Sequence record: MW879344.1
Direction: 5' to 3' (one strand)
Length of the DNA: 64,000 bases
This document shows, in pieces, positions 1 to 9,133 of the stretch (position 1 is its first letter; every line of letters begins with the position of its first letter). Under the pieces are notes generated by a model. It saw only the letters and a list, made by a program, of their open reading frames with translations, did no database searches and was not told the DNA's origin. Made by a program: the position numbers and the translations under genes.

Positions 1-1
1 T

Positions 2-118
2 TTGAAACAAATGAATGCTACACAAGGTACTGGTAAAGAATGGTACAAAATGCCTAAATCAATTGCATCTAATATGATAGATTCAGTACTTGATGATTTA
101 GAAGAAGGCTTGCTATAA
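2..118 (+). CDS. 3' end of a hypothetical protein (partial, runs off window start)
   Basis: Open frame LKQMNATQGTGKEWYKMPKSIASNMIDSVLDDLEEGLL ends at TAA 116-118. Not in the ORF track. Confidence 0.55.
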   Translation: MKQMNATQGTGKEWYKMPKSIASNMIDSVLDDLEEGLL

Positions 119-121
119 TCA

Positions 122-128
122 ATAAATA
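122..128 (+). promoter_or_regulatory. putative late promoter (ATAAATA, T4 TATAAATA-like)
   Basis: ATAAATA about 35 nt upstream of the tail-fibre ATG. The same motif precedes most structural genes in the window. Confidence 0.6.
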
Positions 129-162
129 TCTTTATAATATATAAACGCGAGGACTGATTTAT

Positions 163-1842
163 ATGAGTATAAGATTTAATCATGCCAGTAATACAGTTAC
201 TGGTACAGATGTAATCAAATTAGTGGTTGAAGGTGGGACACCAACTGCACCAAGACCATTTAGAATTGATTCATCTTCAGTTATTATGCCTAACAAACAA
301 TTACCTTCTGGTGAAGCAGGGGCATTAGTTTTTGATATTGTATCAAAAACATTAAAATATCATAATGGTATTTCATGGGTAGAGTTATTATCACAAGATG
401 ATATTCTAGCACCTATACAAATATCATTAACGGACATTTATAACCAATTAGCGAACCGTGTAAGTACTGTAACATATAGTACCAGTTCAGTACCTTCTGC
501 GTCCGTAAGTGGAACAAACTTAAATATCATATTTCCATCATCAGGTGGAGGTGGTGGCACAGACATTCCTGGATTATTCACTTCTTCTCCACCAGGTTCT
601 ATCATGCAATATTCTTTGTCATCTGGTCAATCTGTTGCATCTATCAGAGAACAAATGAGTGGTGTTAGTGGTGGACAAAATGGTAGAAATGGTACAGCTT
701 CAGCTCCATATGTAACAAAAACTGGATGGTGTTTTGCAGATGGTTCTTATTGGACATGGAATGGAGAAAGTGGTTCAGTAACCAAAGTTGTTCCAAATTT
801 AAACCAAAATGCATATTTAAAAGGTATAACCACAACTGGTCTTACTAAGACAGATGCAGTAATTTCAGGTTCAGGTTCAATAGGAAATACGTCAATATCT
901 TTCCCACAACACTATCATGGTACTGGTATGATGGTTGGATTATCTGGTGATTGGGGTGATGATGGATATTTCATTAGTAATAAAACATGGAATGATGGAA
1001 TACAATATCAGGGAGTACAGATAACAGGTGATTTACAACGTAGAACAACTGGTCCAGTTAACGGTTCAGATGCTCGAACAGCATTAAGCACTTCTTTAGC
1101 AATATTCACTGGTTCAGATACTACTTCTCATACTCACAGCTTAAATAGTGTTGACGTAGCTCACTTTAATGTTGCTGTGGTATATAATATTGCAGAACCA
1201 AGCTCAGCACTTAATCAAAATGCTGGTGATCGCCGTTATGTATTAAAATCTGGTGATACTATGACTGGTTCATTGACTATCGCTAATAGTGCTGCAATTC
1301 AAGCAAATGATACAAATCTAGTACTATGGTTTAGAAATGCATCTGGTGGTGAACGTGCTGCAATATATCATGCATCTAATACTAATACTCTTAGATTGCG
1401 TACTGCTGGTGGTTCTGAAATGTCATTAAATAATGTAGGACTATTAAATGTGGCCTCAATTACTACTGGTTCAATTACAGGTTCATCATTGAACATATCT
1501 GGTACAGCAACAACTGGCCCATTAAATGTTAATGGACAAATAACAGCCACTGGTGATATTTGGGCATTCTCTGATGAAAGATTGAAAGAAAATATTAAAC
1601 CTATTGAAAATGCCGTAGATATAATTAAAAGTATTCGTGGTGTAACTGGTAATTTTATTGGAGATGAACGTACACGTTCAATGGTTATTGCTCAAGAAGT
1701 CCAGAAGAACTTCCCTTGTGCTGTAACTGAAGATGTATCAGGATTCTTAAAAGTTAATTATGATGCCCTTATTCCATTGTTGTTAAATGCAGTCTCTACT
1801 ATGAGTGAAGAAATTGCAAGTTTAAGGAGCATAATTAAATGA
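163..1842 (+). CDS. tail fibre/spike protein with collar-like domain and C-terminal peptidase-S74 intramolecular chaperone
   Basis: G/S/T-rich fibre sequence; collar-like PPGSIMQY..GWCFADG..VPNL..YLKG; autocleavage motif WAFS|DERLKENIKPI followed by VxYDALIPLLLNAV coiled coil. Confidence 0.9.
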   Translation: MSIRFNHASNTVTGTDVIKLVVEGGTPTAPRPFRIDSSSVIMPNKQLPSGEAGALVFDIVSKTLKYHNGISWVELLSQDDILAPIQISLTDIYNQLANRVSTVTYSTSSVPSASVSGTNLNIIFPSSGGGGGTDIPGLFTSSPPGSIMQYSLSSGQSVASIREQMSGVSGGQNGRNGTASAPYVTKTGWCFADGSYWTWNGESGSVTKVVPNLNQNAYLKGITTTGLTKTDAVISGSGSIGNTSISFPQHYHGTGMMVGLSGDWGDDGYFISNKTWNDGIQYQGVQITGDLQRRTTGPVNGSDARTALSTSLAIFTGSDTTSHTHSLNSVDVAHFNVAVVYNIAEPSSALNQNAGDRRYVLKSGDTMTGSLTIANSAAIQANDTNLVLWFRNASGGERAAIYHASNTNTLRLRTAGGSEMSLNNVGLLNVASITTGSITGSSLNISGTATTGPLNVNGQITATGDIWAFSDERLKENIKPIENAVDIIKSIRGVTGNFIGDERTRSMVIAQEVQKNFPCAVTEDVSGFLKVNYDALIPLLLNAVSTMSEEIASLRSIIK

Positions 1843-2405
1843 TACCATGTACTGGAACGATAAAAGCATCAGATATTAATACTGAATTGGGAAGAACACC
1901 AACATCTATATTTCAAATTGGAAATACACCAGAAAGAACTCTTGCAGGTAAGCCATCTGGTTTGATAAAATTTAGTGATTTCTATTGTAAATCATCTGCT
2001 GATCCGTTACCTTGGTTCTTATATGAGGTACAGCAAACTGGTGGTCGTGGTGTAAACAAAGACCCAGCAGTATTCCGTGTTATTGATGGTAGCTATTCTG
2101 TATTTTGGGGTGGTAGTAACGGTTGGTTGAAGTTTAACAATCATTTCACTGGTACTATTCGTCAAATTGAAGTTACTTGGAAATATTCTGGCAGAAATGG
2201 TGGTTGGCATGGTATAACTGTTTATGAACGTACCAATTCTGCAAGTACTTACAGATTAGATAACAATACGGGAATCCAAAAATTTGTTTTAGATGTTAAC
2301 ATACCAGCCGATCAAGAGATATGGTTGAATTGGTCTGGTGGTGGTGATCAGGGTGATGGTAACAACGTAGATTATGTAGCTATCACTAATGTAGTTTATT
2401 ACTAA
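1839..2405 (+). CDS. tail-fibre-associated virion protein
   Basis: Overlaps the fibre stop codon. N-terminal IPCTGTIKASDINTELG..SGLIKFSDFY motif is typical of small fibre-adjacent proteins; beta-rich C-terminus. Confidence 0.6.
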   Translation: MIPCTGTIKASDINTELGRTPTSIFQIGNTPERTLAGKPSGLIKFSDFYCKSSADPLPWFLYEVQQTGGRGVNKDPAVFRVIDGSYSVFWGGSNGWLKFNNHFTGTIRQIEVTWKYSGRNGGWHGITVYERTNSASTYRLDNNTGIQKFVLDVNIPADQEIWLNWSGGGDQGDGNNVDYVAITNVVYY

Positions 2406-2412
2406 AAATTTT

Positions 2413-2441
2413 TGGAACGACAAAAAAACATATGGTATAAT
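2413..2441 (+). promoter_or_regulatory. phage middle-type promoter TGGAAC-N17-TATAAT with extended -10
   Basis: TGGAAC 2413-2418, 17-nt spacer ending TATGG, TATAAT 2436-2441. One of 12 copies. Confidence 0.8.
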
Positions 2442-2444
2442 ATG

Positions 2445-2477
2445 AGCATCCTAACAAGGCGTTAGGGTGCTTTTTTT
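2445..2477 (+). terminator. intrinsic terminator
   Basis: AGCATCCTAAC/GTTAGGGTGCT stem followed by T tract. Confidence 0.8.
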
Positions 2478-2493
2478 ATACATGGAGATAATT

Positions 2494-2796
2494 ATGACCA
2501 AGAAGACTGAATCTAAGATCGAAGCACATGACCTAAATGATGCTCAACGTAAAAAGCTAAAAGATGGCTTGAATTCCGCTGTAGTTCAACTAACTCACCT
2601 AGACACCCTAAAAGAATCGTATGCTGATTTCATGGATACTCTAGCAGATGAAATTGGTCTTGACAAGGCAAAGCTAAAATCAGCAGCTATGCGTATCTAT
2701 AAGCAGGATTTCTTCGATAAAGTTCGTGCTCAAGATGAGGTAGAGACAATCCTTACTGTTTCTGGTAATCTATCTGCACCAATGGATGACGAATAA
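2494..2796 (+). CDS. T4 DsbA/GapR-like double-stranded DNA-binding protein
   Basis: Helical 100-aa protein, LADEIGLDKAKLKSAAMRIYKQDF resembles T4 DsbA. Start moved to ATG 2494 behind GGAG. Confidence 0.7.
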   Translation: MTKKTESKIEAHDLNDAQRKKLKDGLNSAVVQLTHLDTLKESYADFMDTLADEIGLDKAKLKSAAMRIYKQDFFDKVRAQDEVETILTVSGNLSAPMDDE

Positions 2797-2801
2797 TAAA
2801 T

Positions 2802-2832
2802 AATGCCCCAACGAATGGGGCATTTGCTTTTT
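2802..2832 (+). terminator. intrinsic terminator
   Basis: AATGCCCCA-acgaa-TGGGGCATT followed by T-rich tail. Confidence 0.7.
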
Positions 2833-2858
2833 AAGTGCGTGAATTATAAGGAGATAAG

Positions 2859-5800
2859 ATGTATATAGATGGATATATGGATAGAAAACGTACTGGTGAA
2901 GTTCTGCATGTGGCTGAACGTGTCAATGGTCAACGTATCTTACGTGAAATTGAACCAGTTTACGAGTATTATGTAGAATCACCATATGGTACATTTAAAA
3001 CAATCAACGGAACCTTAGCTGAACGTTTTGAATTTACTAGATATTCCGAAATGAAGAAACAAATGGATACATTACCTAGTACTGCACAGATTTTTGAAGC
3101 AGATTGTAATGTTACATTCAAAACATTAGCTAAACACTATATGGGTAAGTCATCACCTGATTTGAATATCGTATTTTTCGATATTGAAACGGACTTTCAC
3201 CCAAAGTTCGGCTATGCGTCACCTAGTGATCCTTTCAATAGAGTTACTGCAATTTCATTATATCAAAGCTGGACAGGTAAGGATTATGTACTTACTATGG
3301 CACCATCCGAGATGGAAATTGTAGAAGCACAAGATATTATCAACCGCTTGAATGCAGAAACTGATGATCCGAATAGTACTGTAGTACTTTATACTGATGA
3401 ATGTGAAATGTTCTCAGATTTCTTCGATTTGATTGAAGATTCTGATGTTTTATCTGGTTGGAACAGTGAGTTTTATGATATTCCTTATATGGTAAACCGA
3501 ACTCGTAAATTGTTTAATGAAGCAACTCTTGCTCGTTGGTGTTTATGGAATCGTAAACCAAATCCTCGTGAAGCAGATATGTTTGGTAAAACAATTGTAA
3601 CTTATGATTTAGTAGGTCGCGTACATTTGGATTACCTAGCACTATACAAAAAACATGCTGGTCAAGTAGAACAATCATATAAATTGGATTATATCGCAGA
3701 AAAAGTCACTGGTGAAAACAAAGTAGCATATGATGGGTCTTTGGATAAATTATATCGTGAAGATTATCTAAGATTTCTACGTTATTCCAAACAGGATAGT
3801 ATTCTTCTAAAGAAAATTGATGATAAGATGGATTTCATCAACCTACACAATCGATTGGCTCATAAAGAGTGTGTTCTAATAAGTACCACAATGGGTTCTG
3901 TAGCACTAATTGATACTGCAATCATCAATCTAGCTCATAAACGCGGTGAAGTAGTATTCAACAAGCGTAAACTTGACGATGATGAAGATGATTTCGATTA
4001 TCAAGAGTATGAAATGGATTATGAAGATGAAGATGAAGACAATGATGAACCAAAAGCAGGTTCTAAAGCAGCAGGTGCATGGGTTCAAGATCCAGTACTT
4101 GGTTTAATCGACTTCTTAGGCTGTGTAGACTTCAACTCACTATATCCAACAGTTCTACGTGCATTAGGTATGAGTACTGAATGTATTCTTGGTCAATTGC
4201 GTCAAACATATACAGATGCATATCTTGCTGAACGTATTGAAGAACAACGTATGAAATATCGTGGAAAAGGTCGATTTGAGCCTAAATGGACTGAAGCATG
4301 GCATGGTTTATTTGCAAGTGTTGAATTTACTATGGTTCGTGAAAAATCAGATGGTATAATTACTGTTGATTTAGAAGATGGTTCATCATTCCAAGCAACT
4401 GGTGCAGAACTATATGATATTATCTATGGTGAAGGTAGTACTATAGTACTAAGTGCGAACGGAACGTTATTTGATAAGACAAAGTACGGTGTTATTCCAG
4501 AAATTCTTACAATTTGGTATTCTGAACGTAAAGCACAACAAAAAATGGTTATTGACTATAAGCATCTTGCAACAGATGGATGGGAATTAGCTGAAGAAAT
4601 CGTTTCAGAATTGGAAGAAGCGTTGAAATCACTACAATATGGTGATAAAATTCACAAAACCAACTTACATGAGGATGATCCAGTATATCTAATTCGCTTA
4701 GCACTAGCGAAGGGTGATATTGAAGGAACAGCAAAACTTATTGCTGAAAATGGTATGCGTTTTGAAGGTGGTAAGGTGTTTGCACCTGAAAGTGATAAAA
4801 AATACTGTAAAACACAGTCTGCATTCTGGAAACAGAACCAACAGATTCGTAAAATTCTTCTAAACTCACTATACGGTGCTTTGTTGAATAAAGGTTCTCG
4901 TTTCTTCGACAAACGTCTAGGACAATCAGTAACGTTAACTGGTCGTAGTATGACTAAACACCTTGCAAGTAAGATAAATGAAGTATGCACTGAAACTTAT
5001 GATCATAGTGGTGGTGTTGTAGTATATGGTGATACCGACTCAGTGTATTTTAGTGTAGCACACTATTATAAAGAGAATGATATACCGTTTGACATGTCCA
5101 AAGAAGAAGTAATTGAACTATATCAGATGATTGGTGATACCGTAGGTGCATCATTCCCTTCATTTATGGATGAAACCTTTAATACTGGTATTGATAATGG
5201 TAAAATTGTGGGAGCAGACTTAGAAATGGTTGGTTCTCGTGGATTATTCTTGAAAAAGAAACGTTATGCTATCCTAAAATATTGGGAAGATGGATTCCGT
5301 TTAGATGTTGATGGAAAACCTGGTAAGGTTAAAGCGATGGGTCTTGAGATTAAACGTTCTGATACACCAAAATATATTCAAAACTTCCTAGAAGATACAC
5401 TTACTGCATTACTTGTTGGTGCAGAGGAAGAAGAATTACGTGCTAAGGTTCGTGAATTCAAGAAACTATTCAAAGATCGTCCATCATTTGAGAAAGGTCA
5501 ACCTAAAACAGTTAAAAATTATTCTAATAAGTTTAAAGAATATGAAGAAACTGGTCAATGTAGGGTAGGACACGTTCTTGCAGCAATACAATGGAACAAA
5601 TTGCGTACCATTTATGATGATATGTCAGTTCCAGAAGCAACTGACGGTACTAAAGTTATCGTTTGTAAGTTAAAACCAAACCCATATGGTATTAAATCCG
5701 TTGGTTATCCAATAGATTGTACTGAATACTTACCTGAGTGGTTCTTATCATTGCCATTTGATGATGATGATATGGAAAAAGCCGTTCTTACTAAGAAATT

Positions 5801-5891
5801 AGGTAACATTTTTGGTATTTTGGATATGGATTTGGCAATAAATGAAAAAAGTTCCATCGAATTGAACACTGGTTTCTTTGCATGGAGTTAA
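2859..5891 (+). CDS. gp43: family B DNA polymerase (T4 gp43-like)
   Basis: Exo I DIETDF, Exo II GWNSEFYD, Exo III YSKQD; polymerase motifs DFNSLYP, KILLNSLYG, YGDTDS, KKRY. Confidence 0.98.
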   Translation: MYIDGYMDRKRTGEVLHVAERVNGQRILREIEPVYEYYVESPYGTFKTINGTLAERFEFTRYSEMKKQMDTLPSTAQIFEADCNVTFKTLAKHYMGKSSPDLNIVFFDIETDFHPKFGYASPSDPFNRVTAISLYQSWTGKDYVLTMAPSEMEIVEAQDIINRLNAETDDPNSTVVLYTDECEMFSDFFDLIEDSDVLSGWNSEFYDIPYMVNRTRKLFNEATLARWCLWNRKPNPREADMFGKTIVTYDLVGRVHLDYLALYKKHAGQVEQSYKLDYIAEKVTGENKVAYDGSLDKLYREDYLRFLRYSKQDSILLKKIDDKMDFINLHNRLAHKECVLISTTMGSVALIDTAIINLAHKRGEVVFNKRKLDDDEDDFDYQEYEMDYEDEDEDNDEPKAGSKAAGAWVQDPVLGLIDFLGCVDFNSLYPTVLRALGMSTECILGQLRQTYTDAYLAERIEEQRMKYRGKGRFEPKWTEAWHGLFASVEFTMVREKSDGIITVDLEDGSSFQATGAELYDIIYGEGSTIVLSANGTLFDKTKYGVIPEILTIWYSERKAQQKMVIDYKHLATDGWELAEEIVSELEEALKSLQYGDKIHKTNLHEDDPVYLIRLALAKGDIEGTAKLIAENGMRFEGGKVFAPESDKKYCKTQSAFWKQNQQIRKILLNSLYGALLNKGSRFFDKRLGQSVTLTGRSMTKHLASKINEVCTETYDHSGGVVVYGDTDSVYFSVAHYYKENDIPFDMSKEEVIELYQMIGDTVGASFPSFMDETFNTGIDNGKIVGADLEMVGSRGLFLKKKRYAILKYWEDGFRLDVDGKPGKVKAMGLEIKRSDTPKYIQNFLEDTLTALLVGAEEEELRAKVREFKKLFKDRPSFEKGQPKTVKNYSNKFKEYEETGQCRVGHVLAAIQWNKLRTIYDDMSVPEATDGTKVIVCKLKPNPYGIKSVGYPIDCTEYLPEWFLSLPFDDDDMEKAVLTKKLGNIFGILDMDLAINEKSSIELNTGFFAWS

Positions 5892-5904
5892 AAAGGAAAT
5901 ATAT

Positions 5905-6369
5905 ATGACCAATGAAGTAAGCATTTATCAGCGTATTGGAGAAGCCATTGCTTCTAAGGGATTGTACAATATTATTAGAGCTACAACACCTGATGAAGAA
6001 ACAATTCTCGAAGATTCTGGTTTTATCAAAGTTGGTTCAATTAAAGAGGGTGATGTTATCACATCTCTTTACAAAATTGAACTAAAAGAGAAAGAAGTTA
6101 TCAAAATTGTAGAAGTACCAAAGATTAGTTCACCACCTTGGGGAAATCAACCAATTGATACTTCTCCGTGGAATAACAAACCTTATATCATGTACACAAA
6201 TGGTACTGGTGATGCGGAATGGTTAAAAAATCTTTATACTAATAGCAAATCAGATAACTATACTGCTAATTATATGGGTTCTGATATTAAATCTAATTCA
6301 TTAGTTGGTGAAGTTGTGAACGTATTGAATTCTATTGAAAAAAATACAAAAGCTTGTAGAAATATTTAA
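5905..6369 (+). CDS. hypothetical protein
   Basis: ORF with AAGGA SD ahead of ATG 5905; no recognisable motif. Confidence 0.6.
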   Translation: MTNEVSIYQRIGEAIASKGLYNIIRATTPDEETILEDSGFIKVGSIKEGDVITSLYKIELKEKEVIKIVEVPKISSPPWGNQPIDTSPWNNKPYIMYTNGTGDAEWLKNLYTNSKSDNYTANYMGSDIKSNSLVGEVVNVLNSIEKNTKACRNI

Positions 6370-6386
6370 AAAAATATTTAAAAATA

Positions 6387-6415
6387 TGAAACGTATACGA
6401 ATTATATGGTATAAT
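6387..6415 (+). promoter_or_regulatory. middle-type promoter TGAAAC-N17-TATAAT, overlapped by an inverted repeat
   Basis: TGAAAC 6387-6392, TATAAT 6410-6415; inverted repeat 6391-6424. Confidence 0.85.
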
Positions 6416-6446
6416 CGTATACGTAAACAACATGGAGAATTAACAA

Positions 6447-7178
6447 ATGGAATTACGTGACGTACTACGCGACCTAGTAACTACTACGGCAGGAATTGAT
6501 TTTGATTGTATCGCTATTTCAAGCGAAGATCGTGGTCAAGGCCAAAGAATTTACATGGAAGCTTATACAAGTGATAAAAACCTAGTAATGCGAGCCGTTA
6601 CTAAAGAAGATGTATCTGAAGTTGTTGGTCGTTTTGGTATTGGTAATCTTGGAATGCTTCAAGGTCTATTGAACCTAAATGTCTACAAATCAGACAGTAC
6701 TAAAATTAGTGTGAATGCAAAAGATGGCGTGGTTAAAAGTCTATCCTTTACTTCAGACGATGCAAATACCAACTATCTAGTAGTTGCAGAGAAATTTATT
6801 CCACCTCAACCGCGTTTTACTGACCAACCATATGACGTACAGGTTACACCTAGTGCATCAAAGGTCAATGAACTAAAAAGCTTCTCAGGCGTGTTTAAAT
6901 CTTTTACTGCTCACGTTACCCCTTATACTGAGGATAACAGCTTATACTTCTACGTAGGTGAAAAGAATAAAAACAACCATACTGGTACTTTACTATTCTC
7001 TAAGACAGATGGCGATCTAACTCAGGGTTATGGTTATCCAATTGAACGTGTTCTTCAAGCATTGAATCGTGTAAACAATGCTGAACAAAAATCTCTTGGT
7101 ATTACAAAAACTGGTATGTTAAATGTAACTGTTGATACTGGTATTGCAGTTTATAGCATCTACGTAAGTGGTTGCTAA
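6447..7178 (+). CDS. gp45: sliding clamp (T4 gp45-like)
   Basis: 243 aa with alternating beta/alpha pattern; EVVGRFGIGNLGMLQGLLNL aligns with gp45 DFDVAIYDLNGFLGILSL; under a replication-type promoter. Confidence 0.7.
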   Translation: MELRDVLRDLVTTTAGIDFDCIAISSEDRGQGQRIYMEAYTSDKNLVMRAVTKEDVSEVVGRFGIGNLGMLQGLLNLNVYKSDSTKISVNAKDGVVKSLSFTSDDANTNYLVVAEKFIPPQPRFTDQPYDVQVTPSASKVNELKSFSGVFKSFTAHVTPYTEDNSLYFYVGEKNKNNHTGTLLFSKTDGDLTQGYGYPIERVLQALNRVNNAEQKSLGITKTGMLNVTVDTGIAVYSIYVSGC

Positions 7179-7184
7179 TTAAAT

Positions 7185-7208
7185 TGGGGGAATGTTCCCC
7201 CATTTTTT
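7185..7208 (+). terminator. intrinsic terminator
   Basis: TGGGGGA-atgt-TCCCCCA plus T6. Confidence 0.75.
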
Positions 7209-7222
7209 ATTTGGAAAAGAAA

Positions 7223-7837
7223 ATGAGTACACCAAGATTTATTGCTGATACCCACATGGGACACAAAAACATTTGGAAGTACAGACCTGTATTCGAAAGT
7301 ACTCTACATAATGATTTGTATTTTCAGTACATTCTATCTGAAGTCTGTACAAAAAGAGATACTATGTTCTTCTTAGGAGACATTCTATTTGATGAAAAGT
7401 ATCTTCCATTTATTAAAGAACTTCCTGGTACAAAAATTTTAGTACTTGGAAACCACTGTACTGAAATGATTAGTGCTTCAAAGTTATGCGAGGCTTTTGA
7501 TGAAGTACATGCCATGATTCGATATAAAGAATTTTGGTTAACCCACGCACCGTTACATGTTGATGAGTTGCGTATGAAAAAGAATATTCATGGACATGTT
7601 CACACTGAATCAGTTAATGATTTAAATTATCTTAATGTATCAGTTGATAGCTCGTTTATGAACTTTTTCCCTAGAACATTGTTCGAAGTTCGACAAGCTT
7701 TTGAGACAGTAAATAAAGAACAAAAGATTTTTGCTGGTGTTGATAATGCTGATGCGTTAAGTGTGATTGAAAGTAATTCTATTGCTAAAGATGCATACTA
7801 CAAGGCACTTGCAGAATCTCGAAAAATTACTGTTTAA
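7223..7837 (+). CDS. calcineurin-like metallophosphoesterase
   Basis: Motifs DTHMGH, LGD, GNH, THAP, HGHVH. Confidence 0.92.
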   Translation: MSTPRFIADTHMGHKNIWKYRPVFESTLHNDLYFQYILSEVCTKRDTMFFLGDILFDEKYLPFIKELPGTKILVLGNHCTEMISASKLCEAFDEVHAMIRYKEFWLTHAPLHVDELRMKKNIHGHVHTESVNDLNYLNVSVDSSFMNFFPRTLFEVRQAFETVNKEQKIFAGVDNADALSVIESNSIAKDAYYKALAESRKITV

Positions 7838-7849
7838 AAGGAATGAAAT

Positions 7850-8059
7850 ATGCCACTATATACGTATCGTTGTACAAAAGAAGAATGTACACATAGTGTA
7901 GAAAAGATTGTAAAAATTGCGGAACGTGAGACAACTGTACTTGATTGTCCAGAATGTGGTACTGAACAAAGTATGCAGTATGAAAGATATACCTCTGGTG
8001 ATAAAGGTAGTAATTTATACTTCAGGGGTAATTGGTTCGCCAATACAGGCGGCTACTAA
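7850..8059 (+). CDS. FmdB-like zinc-ribbon protein
   Basis: MPLYTYRC..EC...CPECG with C-terminal FRGNWF. Confidence 0.85.
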   Translation: MPLYTYRCTKEECTHSVEKIVKIAERETTVLDCPECGTEQSMQYERYTSGDKGSNLYFRGNWFANTGGY

Positions 8060-8083
8060 AAGTATTTGAATGGAGTCAATACT

Positions 8084-8371
8084 ATGAGTTTAAGAATGAT
8101 TAACGATTATGTGCTAATTGCCCTTATCGATAATACGCGAGTAACATCAGGCGGTTTACTATTAACTACTGTTGAACCTCCTTGTACTGGAACAGTACTT
8201 TCAGTTGGACCAGGACGTTTTCTAGATAATGGTGAACGTGAAGAACATAACCTACTTGTAGGTGACGTTGTTGTTTTTGGAAAATCTTCACTAAATACGC
8301 CGATAGAAGAAGATAATGTAAAATATTATGTTATGAAAATTGGTGATATATTCGGGAAGAAAAATGACTAA
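8084..8371 (+). CDS. groES: co-chaperonin GroES (canonical type)
   Basis: LRMINDYVLI, mobile loop TSGGLLL, GTVLSVGPGRFLDNG, VGDVVVF, DIFG. Confidence 0.92.
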   Translation: MSLRMINDYVLIALIDNTRVTSGGLLLTTVEPPCTGTVLSVGPGRFLDNGEREEHNLLVGDVVVFGKSSLNTPIEEDNVKYYVMKIGDIFGKKND

Positions 8372-9089
8372 AAAAATTATACCATTCTGGTTGTACCCTT
8401 CACATTGGGGTCTAAAAGGTCAAGCTAAGGAGCTTGCTGAAATTGATTTTTATTTTGAAGGTGTTGAAGCGGATCTAAAACGTGCAGATATTATGTATCT
8501 AACTGACTTAGAACGTGAACATGCTAAGAATGAAATTAAATTTAAACACAATGTATTCGATGAACTTGAATACGAATTGAATAAAGTACAAATTGATTTT
8601 GAAAAAGCATTAATTCATAAATTAACTGCATCTCAGAAGAAATTGGATTTACAATTGAAGTATGGACGTATCGATGAAAAAACATATGATACTGAATCCA
8701 TTGAGTTAATTCAAGATGAAGATAAAAAATATCTAGCAGCATTGGAGTTCTCATTAAAGTACGGGGATATTACCCAATCTGAATATGATAAAGAACTTAA
8801 AACGCATAATAGAGAGCCTTGGTTTGAATTCAATGTGGACTTTGATGAAAGTGAAAATGATTTAGTAGTCACCTTTGACTATAATGAATATTTTTGGAAG
8901 AAACTACGTAGTGAGGGTCATCCAGGAACAGATGAACATGAGATCATTGACAATTTTATCAAAGATTGGGGTCGTAAGTTAGCAACAGAAGACTATAATG
9001 GTGACTTTGACACAAAGTTAACAAGTCTAAACGACGAGATGAATCAAACGACTGGTACTTCTGAAACTGGTTTTAAAGTTTACGAATAA
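8364..9089 (+). CDS. hypothetical acidic helical protein
   Basis: Intact ORF overlapping the groES end; no known motif. Confidence 0.65.
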   Translation: MTKKIIPFWLYPSHWGLKGQAKELAEIDFYFEGVEADLKRADIMYLTDLEREHAKNEIKFKHNVFDELEYELNKVQIDFEKALIHKLTASQKKLDLQLKYGRIDEKTYDTESIELIQDEDKKYLAALEFSLKYGDITQSEYDKELKTHNREPWFEFNVDFDESENDLVVTFDYNEYFWKKLRSEGHPGTDEHEIIDNFIKDWGRKLATEDYNGDFDTKLTSLNDEMNQTTGTSETGFKVYE

Positions 9090-9121
9090 AAAAAAGGAGA
9101 ACAAATTTGTTCTCCTTTTTT
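9088..9121. terminator. bidirectional terminator between convergent genes
   Basis: Palindrome A-tract-GGAGAACAAATTTGTTCTCC-T-tract. Confidence 0.88.
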
Positions 9122-9133
9122 CGTTTTTATATA

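Noticed and set aside
2796-2802. ATAAATA ahead of the DNA polymerase gene as a late promoter
   Set aside because: It is immediately followed by a terminator hairpin and is within chance expectation in AT-rich DNA.
4500-4860. Possible intein or intron in the DNA polymerase insertion
   Set aside because: No C/S-start, HN-C/S/T end or LAGLIDADG/HNH motifs, and the frame is continuous; treated as an ordinary fingers insertion. I also saw none in TerL, NrdA/B, helicase or UvsX.
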